Source: Utricularia gibba
Lineage: Eukaryota > Plantae > Magnoliophyta
Assembly (NCBI GenBank): GCA_002189035.1
Contig: NEEC01000024.1
Location: 744,001 to 808,000 of the forward strand
Reading direction: 5' to 3'
DNA length: 64,000 nucleotides
The number at the start of each line of letters is the position of its first letter. Positions within the stretch are counted from its first letter, which is position 1. Under the pieces are notes generated by a model, which did not search any database, was not told the DNA's origin, and worked only from the letters and a program-made list of their open reading frames with translations. The position numbers and the translations under genes are program-made. This document shows, piece by piece, positions 47,909 through 60,966 of the stretch.

Positions 47909-50417
47909 GGTACCCTCCATTGCACTTCATGACAGGGACATCCTCAAAATTAAGTGTGGGGGAGGAGTTTATAATTCTTTTTACTTTTTTTTGTATTTTC
48001 TGGGCATTAGGACTCATGTGTTACTGTATTGAATTTTTTTTTCTTTTATGCTTCATGTTTTATTTTTATTTCTTGCTTTATTTGTGAAAAATCCCCATTA
48101 TGCTCCTCTAGTATATTTTCTTCCATGAATAAGGCTAGAATTTTAGAATTGATCATGCTTAGGTTCATGAATTCCTTGCTACTAGGAAATACTTCAATTA
48201 TTTTTCTTTCTAAATATTAAGTTTTTGTTGCATGTTTTAGGAAAGACTATACCGTGACTGTGACTACATTTTCATTCCTTGAATTTATGTTGTGAATTAC
48301 TTTTTGCTGCTCCTATAGTGACTAGACCGAAAAAAATAAAAAAATGAAAAAAAGAGAAAAAAAAATATTAGAGGTGCCAAAGGTAAGGATGTTTGGTGAA
48401 ACCGTGGTAACCACCACACATGAGGTTTGGTAATCCAAACTTTCTTCCTCAAAGTGAGGACCTCTCTCTGAAAAAAAAAGGAGAAAAGAGAAAAGAGAAA
48501 AGAAGAGGTCTCTAGTCACTATAGTGTGCGCTTTTTGATGCTTTTATTTACCTTGATAATATTAGTATATAAGTATTTATTAGTTAAATCTTTATCTGAT
48601 GCATGCAAATTTCAGTGGCTTGCCTTAATTTGATTGAAGGATAGGAATAGAATTGGAGTAAATACTCTTAGTAGGATGAAGTTCCCTTAGTAATGTACCA
48701 TAACTTAGGTTTTGACTTTTTTCGTGGACTGCTATGATTTTCATACTTGAGGAAAAACATGATTTAAGTGTGGGGGAATATGTTAAGTGTCATTTTCTAG
48801 TTGTTTATTATGTATTATTAGGTGTTAATCTAATGTTAAGTCATCCAAATTAGGAGTCTTATTGTTAAATATTTGATTTTATTAGAAAAATACTCTTTTT
48901 CTATTTTCTATATATTTTCTTTGTTTTTTTCATGTACTTTGACTGAAATATTTCAGGTGGTAGTCTTGGAGTGTTGTAGGAGGTCAGACTTTGACTTTTT
49001 CGTGTCTTGCGCGTGTGGGCAAAAGACTGATACTAGTCCAGGCCCCTGACTTACGGCATGTTAGAGTTTGCAGCAATGATTTGGTGCTAACTTGCACACA
49101 AGGGAAAGTTGGAGGCGCACACAAGATAGAACGAATGATGGGAAGGAATCAGAAGGAGTTAATGCACGTGGGGAATGAGATAAAACCAACTTGGAATACT
49201 TATTTTGAGACTTTTGACATTTTCCTTTGGCGTTTAGAACTTTCGGGTTCTTCCTCTCCTCCAAGGATGAAGAACACTTAGCTTTCCAATTTCGTTTTTG
49301 TTTTCATGGCCCTTTGTAACTAAACTCTTTTAGTTTCTAGGAGCAGATGAAGTTTTCTTCCAAGTCTTGAGTACTAAACTTAGTTCTTCATTGAATTCAT
49401 TTCGGATTTTTCATACTTCCATGCGTCTTGTTGTAATCTTTCTGTAACGACTCCTAATCACAGTCCATGAGTAGCTGGCCACTCCTCGTAGGTCTTGTTT
49501 GTGGCTGAGGTACTGCGACAGTGGATAGTTAGTGACCTCATACCTGCCACTGGTCATTGACAACAACTAGACACACGCGCACAATTCAGTTTTGAAGATA
49601 ATCGACGGCAATCCTCTTGTCTTCTTAATCATCCAAGGGGGAATCACATGAGACTATTCTCGTGCCTCCTTGTCAATTAAAGTGTAAGGGAGAGTAAGCT
49701 ATTCCTTGCTCCTATAACCAGCTATTTGGAAGGAATCAGTGAAAATCGAGGCGAGGATAGACAAAAGAAGGAAGCAGAATCTCGTTCCTAAGAATTGCAA
49801 CCCTTAGTCAAGGTTCATTACTTAGATTGTAAATGTTATTCTTGTATTTCAAAAACTTCCTTTTATAAATCTGTGACAATTTGTGAAAGTTTTCTACAAA
49901 ACACTTTTCGCAAAACTCAATTCTCTGAGATCGATACTCGTACTACGCTCTTTTGTGTTCTATGTTTTATATATTTAAAATTTGTTGAGAAAACGACACG
50001 CAACACACCACCACTTGGATAACAATTCTAAATTTGAAAATTCCAAGCTATCAATGTCGAGTCCTCCCTCTTCATATGGTTGTCGAATTTTTTCCCAAAA
50101 GACCTATGCAATCTTTTGGCCTTCTTGTCGTATTCTATACGAGAAGAAATGCATTCTAATACTCTGCATCTTGTTGAATACCAACTTAGGAACCTGAAAT
50201 AGTGAGATGCCAAGGACTCTGAGCTGGTTAACAACTTTGGATACTCGGTCAATAAACTATTTGTCAATCTCGATGGCTGCCATCCTTAACCCCTTCATAT
50301 GATTCTTAGTCATTATAATGTGTCTATTGTATTAAGATGTCAATAATATATTGTTATTTGTATTATAAGTCACTTAATAAAATTAAAACTAGGTGTAGAA
50401 TACTTGTATTATGAAAT

Positions 50418-50760
50418 TCACTCTACTTTTTTGCATATGCAATGTCTGACCTTATTCTGTTGAGACTTTTTTCCTAAATAGGACAGGGTATTCTTACGAA
50501 CGTGAAATGTGCAAAAAAGATGTACATCATAAGAGTCAAAATAGCATTTGTAATTATTGTAGGGCATCAAAAGTCCTAGTTCATGATCACCAATTATACG
50601 AATTCCTGATCTTCCGTGGACAACATGTTGTCCCCTTTGCCATAGAAAACAAGACCAATTATCTGCAATATCACTGTGCACAATAGCGTAACCATGGACT
50701 AATGAGCGCAATCGACACTTTTCTTACTATTTGGATCTTGTTAATGCTATATTCAATAGG
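50418..50760 (-). pseudogene. Mutator (MULE) transposase remnant
   Basis: GYAIVHSDIADNWSCFL..GIRIIGDHELGLL..HLFCTFHVRKN fits the MULE core pattern (AFAIVE.E..DNW.WFL, IISDRH.G, H..C..H..N). Confidence 0.6.
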
Positions 50761-53700
50761 GGACATCAAAATGTCTTTAATCATTTCTTATTTTTTTATT
50801 TGAACCTTAAAAACCTAACCGAAAGGTAGTTTTATGAAATAAATTATTTCAAAATATGTGTACTATAATGAGGTATATTTTATTCACAAAATACATTATT
50901 TGAATTATTATACACCTAAGTTGTGATCGTAAATAAAATACTGAGAGAATTATCTTAAAAAGTCTAGTGTAACTATGGAAAAGGCATCACATGGGCATTG
51001 CATATGCATAAGGCATGCCTGTGTGAGCTTTTTTTGAAATCCATGAGACTTTTTTCCTCTACACGGACGTGGCTTATCTATAAGCCATGCCAGCGTGATC
51101 TTTTCGGGTGTGGCTTATGCATAAATGACATCCGCTTGATCTCTTTTCCACAACATGGGTGTGACTTATACATAAGCAATGCCAGTGTGGTTTTATGTTA
51201 GTGACACGATAACATTCAATTCAAAAAACAAAAACATTGCTTTATATTTAACTTCAATGAAAATTAAAAATAATTTTTTAAAAAAATGAGGGTTCGCACA
51301 AAATGTAATATCATCAATATAGCTTTTTGCCAAATTAAAAATATATTAACTAACCCAATCGATCAAAGAGGAAGGTGCTGATCAACTGTTGTGTAATTAA
51401 AATAGACATGCCCGTTAGTGACGCCTAATCCATGGGTACAATTACATATTTATTTACAATTTTTTAACCTATTCAATGTAAACAAACATGATCGATCGAG
51501 TGCTATATGATTTTTTTCATTTAATAAAATCGTATTATTTAGCCATTCGATCAAAATATTTGGTTTTGATTGAACTCTATATTTTTTTTTTTTGAAATTT
51601 CTAATGTATCATTTAAAACATTCGATCTATGTTGAAAAGATGGATCGACCACTATAGGATTTTTACTGATTACAATAGCCCAATCGGTCCGCATATTCTG
51701 GTAGAATCAAATGGCAGCATAAATGGGGCAAAAGTAACCTCCCATCAATCCCTCATTATGTATTCACAATGTGTAACTTCCCGATTTGGCATATGTTTTG
51801 CAATGGCACTACCAATCAGTCTTTTCGGATTACAAAGTATGACCATACCAATGGATGTAGTTGAGAAAATTCGTGTGAAATACCAAATTCCATGTGAATG
51901 TGGCCTTGATATTGCATCCCTAGGCACCTAATTGACTGATCCTGGTTTGCAAAATCTTTTAAATAGTATATCTGGTACCGAGAAAAATGCTAGGAATAGG
52001 GTTGTGAATTCCTTTCTTGCATTTCATCATTTAATTGCCTAACTTTGTTTGAATGCCCCTATGTATGATCACCCTGGCTTCAATTATCCAACTTTAGGCA
52101 TTTTTTCTATTCTATGTGGAAGAAGGATATGATGCAAGTGTTTCTAGATTGCTAACAATAATACAACTTAAAAAGGAGAAAAAATCTAACACTTCTGATT
52201 TGGCATCCATTAATAATTTATAAATTATTTGTTTTATCGAGTCCATTCAAATGTATTTGAAAATTTTTAGTATTTTCTTTGAAATTCGTTTTATCTTATC
52301 AAAATCATAATTCTAACCTGAGTATGTTAGTTGGTATTTCCAAGCTAAACTTTGCTGCAAATTAGTGAATGATCTATCATCTAATTTTCCAAAATGAAAA
52401 AAGAAGCTTTTATGGATTACAGCACCTGTTAAAGCTCAATGGAATTTCCCCTGGACATATATTGGTCCGGATAGTGTAAAATCTTACAAGAATCAGAAAT
52501 TTCTTCGTGATATTGGAAGGTAAATGTGCAAAAAAAAAAAAAAAAAAAAAATCGCAGATAAGTCATGTAAGTGGGCGGAGTTGATTGCCCAACTCACAAC
52601 AAATGTTGTGAAACTCAAAGGTAAATTTGTTTTTTCTTTGTTACATTTCACATACATTATTCAAGTGAAGCATTCCAAGAATTCAAAAGAATTCATGGAT
52701 TCCAAGAGTCGTAATCAGATCATGTTCCACCACCCAAGTGAAGCAAAGAAAGAAAGTTGCATATTGTAGTATTCGAGCAAGTTGCACATCAACAAAAACC
52801 GCCTCTAGCATTGGAGCAAGTATTAGTATACTTAAAACTTTGAAAATGTGACTTACATTTTTCTTTTTTGAAGTAGGATCCTTTATTACAACATGGCACT
52901 GAAGAAAGGATGCAAACTAAAGCACTTGATGAGTACCATGAGGTACTTAGCAAACGAACACAGATCGAATATCATGAAGAACAAGTTGTGATACATTGTA
53001 AAGGAACATAGACTGAAGATCAAAAAGAAATACGTGATGTGAGCTTGCTGGTTTTAATTAAAAATGCAAGATGCAGTCAATTTGGTTAAAAACTGTTGCC
53101 ATTCGGTGACCTTGTAAAATGATTGCTCTTTGCCTCACTTTATTCCTGCTTTTCTCAGTGTATTCCAATGCATTTCAAGTTGTTCATTTTAATCAATGTT
53201 CGAATTTTTTCTCTTTCTTTTGTGTGTAGGAAAACAATGAAAAAATTCAAGTACTCAAAGACAATATCATTCTTATGGAGAACATCAATATAAACTATAG
53301 ATTTAAGAGCTCTCAACAACAATGACAACACAAGACTTTGAAAATCATAAAAAACAATTAGTTGTGAAGACAAATGAAGTGGAGGTTTTAAGGAAGGAGA
53401 TGAAGTATTGGTGTGTTGCATGTGATGATAAGGCCAAGTTGTTTGTTTTGAATAAAGAATAGATGCATTCACCGACCAAGAAATTGAACACGAGAAAATG
53501 GTGACAGAGATGTGCCTAAAGGTCATTGCTATTGAGATATGTGAACTTAGAAGGTAGAGTTATGTGGCGACTTTGGACACCCTAGAAAACATCCTAAATG
53601 AGATGGACAAGAAGACTGATAAGCAACAAAAGGAAAGCGAAGAATTGAAAAAGGAAAAAATCATTCTGGACAGATTTAAAAAGAACTAATGCATTAACAA

Positions 53701-54544
53701 AATGGTTTTGAAGGCACCTTCAAAAAAACAACTGTAAAATGTTGTGTATTCTGATTTCATTGTATTGCTCTTATTTACCAATTTGTACAACTTTTGCTCA
53801 AAAACATTGACAATGATATGTTTTGACTGGAATTTTCAATATAAGCTTGCGAAATGTGTGCTATAACGAATAAACACACCTGCTTTCATTCGGTGCATTT
53901 TGGAAAAACCATGTTGTAAACTACTTTCTCTTTAGTATACATTAGGATCGAGTGATGTTGTCGTCCCAATTAAAAAGTAAAAGATAAATAGATACTTGAT
54001 CCATATAATGTATCTGTATCAAGCGATAAATAAAAGTTACTACTCAATTGCTATTATGCATGCGGATGGAATATCATGACTGCCCACATTTAAATTGAAA
54101 GATAACTAGGTTTTCTTCCTTTGCGCTAAATCAAATACAATTGAAGCGACTCACTACTTGATCCCCATTACACATAGGGATCTGGCGCTATCATTATCTC
54201 ATATCGGAAGTGAAATAAAGCTAATCCTCTATAAAAGGAAACTCAATTCATCTTCATAGTTTGTATTAAACGCTAAATCTATTTAATAATTACACAGAAT
54301 TCAACAACTGGATCCCTATATCCACCTACAATCCAGTAACATGTAACAAAATGCATATTAATCATAATGAATTCTACATTGAACAATGAATGGTTAAACC
54401 TCATTTATATCAAGTGATGCATAATATGAGTTTAAAATAAAAAAAATAACAATCCATCCAAATAACACCTAAGGATCAAATGTCATAATTTTGACAAAGT
54501 GATAGAGGTTATTTCAAAAACTAATTTTTGTAAAAATGATATAT

Positions 54545-55620
54545 AAGCTTTCTATAGAAACACCTAGTTGTTCAACACAAAATACTTCAATATTGCCAGT
54601 CTAAATGGAACATTGGCCCTAATAGTTCCATTGTCGTCTACCAGAAGCAACTCATATGTTTCAAAAGACCTAAGCATATGATGTACAAAAAGCTCACGCC
54701 CTTCTTTATCTCTAAAAGTAATTGTGATCCCATTTATAACGGGTGGGCCCAAATAATTTAATGGGGGTGTAATTGTTTAACCTTACCACATAGTTTGCAT
54801 CATTCCATCAAAAAAAAAAAGCTGAAAAAAAAGAAAAAACAGCGAGATACCACTAGAGAGTACAGTTTTCATATTTCCCATGCACGATCTTTTGTATAGA
54901 CGTTGTGGCTTTAGAACACTAAGATGAAATAGACCTGCTAATATGCCCAATGTACCTGCTGTAATATGATGAAAAAGTATATTGATTGGAAAAGAAAAAG
55001 GATAAACAAAAACAAAAAAACTACAGGCACACCAATTTGTTATCCTAAACATATTTATGATCATTTGATTTGATAAGTTATTCCTAAGATTCAAGTGGTT
55101 GATTATAAAAGAAAACACTCTTTTTTATAGAAAAAAATATGTAAAACATGTAACGGCCACGCCCATCCTTGCATGGCCACCATCCTAAGGATTGGACACC
55201 CAAATTCTAGGGCCATTCAAACCTATTAAACAAAGTGCACCAAAACCAAAAGCAGGCCACACCACCGAGAAATAAATAATTTTCAAAGATCTTGGAAAAA
55301 TCTAAAGCGGATTCTCCTATATGTTTATCACGAAAAATCCTGGACAAATCCAATAATCATTAGCCAGAAAACACAATATGAGCTATAGCCACACCTTCAT
55401 AACTCCAAATCTCAGGATTCATTTCAGCCCCTCCTGTGATACTCCAACTTTCTCATGAGTTTGTCATTTCTAAACAGCCATGAAGGGTACAATGAACATA
55501 CCTTGTCTCCATAAAGGATCAAGAGTAGGATCAGAAGGATTAGAAATTGCTAATTCATACAAAGCCATTAAGCCTGCCTAACCAGAAACTAGAGCGGTAT
55601 TATTCATGCTTCTGAACAAA
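54545..55620 (-). pseudogene. psbB: Old nuclear plastid DNA insertion (NUPT) derived from psbB (CP47)
   Basis: Colinear decayed motifs: [85 protein letters not shown] and [11 protein letters not shown]. Stops, frameshifts and one large deletion. Confidence 0.9.
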
Positions 55621-55779
55621 TAAATTTTTCATGTGTTTGTCTTGGCATCATCCACATATTCATGTCACAGTTTAACAAGAGAAAATAGCACGAAATTGTA
55701 ATAGCTTCCATCAAAACGCTGAAATAGTTTTCCTGATCTACTATATGCTGAGAGCAATATTCCCACATAAAAAAGGAAA

Positions 55780-56800
55780 TCTTCAAAAGTGAGCTCAATT
55801 CCTAGACGTCTTCCTTCCTCCTCCACGATTCTTCAGCAATTTTTTTCAAGAACCCCCTTCCAGAGTGTTTCCTGTTGTTTGAAGTATCTCTTTCTTCAGC
55901 ATGTTTAAAATATCTCTTTTTCATCTCATTATGATTTGGTACTTCTCTCTCCTCTCTTTTATCCCATTTTCTTGCTACTTCCGCTATACGCTTTTGGCTT
56001 ATTGGGATTTACATCGCAGAAAACATGCTGAATTGTTCAAAGAAAGTAATTAAAAAAGATTGGAGTTAAATATATTGCTAATCACAAAAATGCATAAATA
56101 CTTAGTAAAATTTAGTTTGATAATATAATATTACTTATTTTGTAGTTCTAAGATACTAAAAAACATGTGTTATCAACAACCTCATTTCCATGCCCATTTA
56201 TGGAAAATCTATTGATGTGTTACATTGCTGCTTGTCATCCTATAATTAAGAATTATGTTACTGCCCTCTCCACCAAGCTTGATGTCTTCACCACCCCTAT
56301 TGTTGGTTCCTCTGTGCTAGCTAACTCATGATTAAGGTACCTCTTTTTTTATTTTTATATCTACCCTATATCATGCTTCTGAATTCTTCAAATGCTTTTA
56401 TGATTAAAATTACCTTATACATGTTCATAACTAGGTACTTGGACCTATTTGGTTATTTAGAAAAAAACACTTTACATTTTTCTGCAGTTTAGATACATAG
56501 TTCAGAAAAAAGATTATGCTTATGATCAACTTGGAATTTTTCATTGACTATATTTTCTTTTATATGTTGCTATCTATTTTTATGTTTTTCACATAGTGAC
56601 TGAAGAACATAATTACTGAAAAAAAGAAAAAAAAAGGAGAAGAAAAAGAGCAAAAAACAAAAAAAAAAAGAAGAGGAAAGAAATAAAGAAGAGAAAAGAT
56701 TTATTATGCCGAAAGATAAGGTTTGCTTTACGAAATTGCTGAAAAATAAATATGAGACACATAAGGTTTCATAATCCAAAAAAGTCTTCTCCAACAAGGA
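55780..56800 (-). mobile_element. Decayed Gypsy 3' noncoding region and start of an LTR
   Basis: tgataacacatg-type LTR start on minus at ~56176 with an adjacent A/T-tract region like other Athila 3' regions here. Boundaries uncertain. Confidence 0.4.
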
Positions 56801-57775
56801 TGACTCTATAAAAGTATAATTATTGTTATTATAGTTGAATTTTTTAAATTTTTATTCTCATCCCTCTTGAATTGTGGTATTTTCGAAATTTTGTGAAGTA
56901 ATTAGTGCAAGTCCCTGATAGGGATGTTTGCCTTTTAAGTAGCTTTGATTCGATTTAATAGAAGGATTGGAGAACATCATTGTGTGTTATTCTTTTAGTA
57001 AGAAATGAACAGATTAGCTTGGTTGTGTTTCATAACCTGGGTTTTGTCTGATTCATTGATTACTATTACTTACATACTTGAAGACAAGTATGACTTAAGG
57101 ATGGGGAAATATGTTACATGTAATTCTCTATATATTTTTATATGTGTTTTTATGTGTAATTTATGCTTGTATGACTCAATTAGGAGTTAGTCTAAGTATT
57201 TAAACATTTTTATTAGAAAACACAAATATTTTTATTATCGTATTTTTTTTCTTTTATTTTTATTTATTTTAGATGAATACTTGAGCTAGGGCCTGAAGTC
57301 AAGAGTTAAAAGCAATTTAATGGACGAATCAATTAAAAAGGAATGCATAAATTTTACATTAAAAGGCAAGAGACATGTTGGGCCCATCACGGTGAGTGAC
57401 AATAACTCATGACCATACATAGTATATTGAAGTAGGAATGAAGGATAATTATGATGGATATTTTTGGTATGTCGGAGTTCTTTCTTTTTGCTTTTTTTCT
57501 TTATCTTTATGGTAGTGAAGAAACGTCTTGAAATTTTTATTTTTATTTTAAATTTTTAATGATTGTTCGCGATTGAATACATTGTTGTTGAGGTTGGCTG
57601 ATATTTAATTTTATATTTTTAACAATAATCTCGTTTTTTTATGAATCTTTTTTGGATTATTAAAATAAATTAAATCATTATTTGCCTAAAAAAATATTTT
57701 GATTTATAAAATTGGAAAAATTAAATAATTATTTGTATATAAAATAATAATACAATTAATTATACTAAAATGTAT

Positions 57776-58947
57776 TGATGGTGATTCTACAAGTGCACAG
57801 AAATCGTCGAAATAATAAAATAAGATCGTATCCACAGGGAATTGTAATTGAAATTTTCTTTTCAAAACAAAGACTTAAAAAGACTGAAAATAAAAGAAAG
57901 ATTTTTTTTAAGACAATAAGTGACCTTGGATCTAAGATCCACCTTACTTGAAACTCGCCCTTGCGTGTGTGCAAACCTCGAGAACTGACCTACTTGCGCA
58001 AGCTTTAGGGGTGTTATGTTAAAATAGTGTTACTCGGTGACCGTTATAGCATCGTCCCTTGTTTTGTGGGATTATGGAATCAACCATGCCACCAGAGCCA
58101 TTTCACCTCTTGTGATAACTCATATTTTCCCAACACCCAAATCCAACCCCTACACCTCTCACCTCGCAGACAAATTAGACAAAATGTGTTTTACCAACGA
58201 TGTCCGATTGAGACTTTTTCCTTAGTCACTTGAGGCCAACCTTTGATTCTCCCACACTCCCTTAGGCTATATGGTACTAAAGATCATATTGGTAAAAAAA
58301 AATGTTACGAAAAACAGAATCAGACCTAAAATTAAATGCTGAAAAACATAGTAAGATAGTCATACGCGCAAAACTTGCGCAAGTAAGGCTTCACAGTAGA
58401 TTCTCAGCTGCAAGCGCCACGCGCATACTTGATTCTAAACAACAAAAGTTGATAAAAAAACGAAGGGAAAGGAATCCAAAACATACTAGACTCAACTCTA
58501 AACCCTAAATTGACTCTCTGGTCGCCTCTCCTTTGATCTTCGCGTTTGGATCTTTATATAATGGTGGGGACTTGTCGAGCTTTCCTGATGGGCTCACATC
58601 AAATCTTCTATCCGGATCTTCTAAGATTTGATACAAATCTTCTAAGATAAGATCCAAATTTCCTAAGATAAGATGCGAATCTTATCTTATTTGAGAATCT
58701 TTGACCGAGTCTTCATCTGGATAGATCAAATCTTTGACTCCATCAAGGTCAACTCGAAAATCCTCCAAATTATTCCAAAATTGTCCTAAAAAATCATGAA
58801 ACACAATTTCCCTCCAAAAAGATCAAAGTAATTTAAAAAATATAAAATTCTTCTAAAAACATAAGAAAAGTGGGATAAAAAGAATGTAAAACTCATCTAA
58901 GTGAGTCCTCAAAAGCACAAATATAAGTGACACAAAATCAATTATAA
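57776..58947 (-). mobile_element. Solo LTR, Athila-type family A
   Basis: Reverse-complement homologue of 12290-13347; perfect TSD TGTAT (57771-57775, 58948-58952); one terminus mutated (tatca to tataa). Confidence 0.88.
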
Positions 58948-60613
58948 TGTATTAAACTTTTTGCTGATCTTTATAAATCAGATAAAACACAATCAATAAA
59001 AATAATCATTTTAAAAAAGAGAACTACTTTGTCAGGAATTACAAAATAGACCATTCTTCTGACTAGAATTTGACATTTGAGTTTATTTTGCCAATGGACC
59101 CCAATTTGAGCATTCACCCAAAAAGTGTTACGGAAGATCGAGTAAAACTTTAGAGATCTTATGTTATAATAAAATGTGGAGAAGATCCAAAATCGAATAA
59201 TTCCAAAAACCCAAAATCCCTTTAAGAGTCAAGCTCTCCCAATTCTTGGAAAGTGAAATCACCAGCTAACTCCTTTACCTTCGATGCTGAAGGGAAATAC
59301 AAAAAATGGCAAAGCCACTTTCCCTTTTGATAGAAAGAAAAGAGAATAATAGAGTTTCATCTATTTAATTTTTCTACAAAAATATAAAATATATCATTCT
59401 TCATGGAAAGGGAGTGTCAACAAATGTAAAATTTCTAGTCAAAAACTTGTTACCCATTTTCATCCAGAAAAAATGGTTCATCTCCCGAAGGTTACATGAA
59501 ATCCACATGTATATTATTTGAATAACAATGTACATGTATTAAAGACCGTAGGGTTGACGGTGAATCTCAATTTACAATGCCCACATTTCATATTCTTTCC
59601 CATCAGATATAGAAAGAAATATGTTTGAGACTAACACATTATTTGCTATTCTTTAGAACTATGCGATTGACCTTGGGGTCAAATGGGATAATGGGATAAT
59701 CTCCACTAAAAAGGTAGGTAGCAGCAATCATAACTATTATGATCTGCAATCTCTATTGCTAGAATTTAGCATAATACCTCTCTAATGTTCATAGTTATGT
59801 ATAAACTCAATAAGGGATAAGGTCCATAACAGTATGGGGATTTTTTTAAGAGCAACCAATAGTAATGTTGTAAGTGCTACTAGGGGAAAGGCCACATGTT
59901 GACAATAGGTTAGATGGCATGCTGACTCATGTACTTGTTCTAACATTGGTGTTGAGTGTGTTTTGAGGAGACACCTTAGGAAGCAGAGTTGTAGAAGGAA
60001 GGAGTGATAGAGCTAAAGAGGAAGAAAATTTGTGGGTTTAGCTATAAGAAAGGGGTGTTTTGCAGGGAGTAAGGTAAGTGAGATGAATGCTACTGGCTTT
60101 TGTTAGAAATATGTTTCTCATGTTTATCTGGAACAAGATGTGGCTATCTACTTATGTGTTTTCTTTTTTTTACTTTCAAATGGTATTCTTCCTGATTTGC
60201 AAGCTCATCTTTCTTCTTTGTCATTCATTATCATGTAAAGACCAGCAAGGCATGCTCTAATGAAACCATCATTTCTTTTGTTGTTTGATGTTAAAAAAAT
60301 CCATTTAGAGTACCTAAAATCCTCTTGTTTCAGTTGTAACTGTTCTTTCAAGGAATAGGTGCCCTTGTTGGTTGTCTTAAAGCACATTTTCCCCTTTTGA
60401 AGTACATAAAACTCCCAATGTTCTTTATCTATGTGCTATATGAACATGTTAGAAAATGGTAAGGGGTGAGGACCCACACTCCTAGTAACATGGTTTATAT
60501 CATGGGATTCATGGTTAACTATGTCAGACATATCTGAGGCATCCTTATGGGGTAAGCCAAGCAGGAAAGATGAGAGAAACATGTTTATGCATGATGTAGT
60601 CTAAGCTTGGAGG

Positions 60614-60881
60614 TGGTGGTTGGTTGGTGGCTCTTCTGATCTCTACTGAAAAGCTTGGATAATACATGACCCAACTCCTAAGGCCTGGAGGTGATGCCTA
60701 AACTAAAGTGTCAAGGGACTTGGACAAAGATAGGCTATGGGACTCATAATGTGCCTGTGTGCTTGTTTTTTTGACTTTACGCTCAGACATTTCTCTCTTT
60801 ACTTCACTCATGTTTTATCTTTCTGCAAATTGCAGTAGCATGACCACTTCATGTTTTTAACTTGTTCCAAGTGTGGAGGGG
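60614..60881 (+). repeat. Direct repeat, copy 1 (copy 2 at 63731 to the window end)
   Basis: tggtggttggttggtggctcttctgatc...ttccaagtgtggagggg appears at both places with few differences. Confidence 0.92.
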
Positions 60882-60966
60882 AATATCTAGAGGTCAAGTG
60901 ATCAACCAAAGTAGGAGCATGCCTTTCGAGGGTGTGGAGAGCTAATTAGTGACTGTAGGTTAATAA

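Larger units (their letters stand above)
40250..50005 (+). mobile_element. Athila-type Gypsy retrotransposon with two family-E LTRs, internally deleted gag-pol and a post-pol ORF
   Basis: 5' LTR 40250-41567, eroded PBS (ttgccaggg), gag/RT/RH/INT remnants, PPT aagtgtgggggaata at 48766-48780, 3' LTR 48781-50005. TSDs do not match. Confidence 0.88.

Noticed and set aside
53990-54400. Faint resemblance to Helitron helicase motifs on the minus strand
   Set aside because: Walker A and DEAPM motifs were not recovered; similarity is at noise level without an HMM search.
59690-60610. Possible LINE or MULE coding remnant
   Set aside because: All frames are full of stops and no motif could be identified with confidence.
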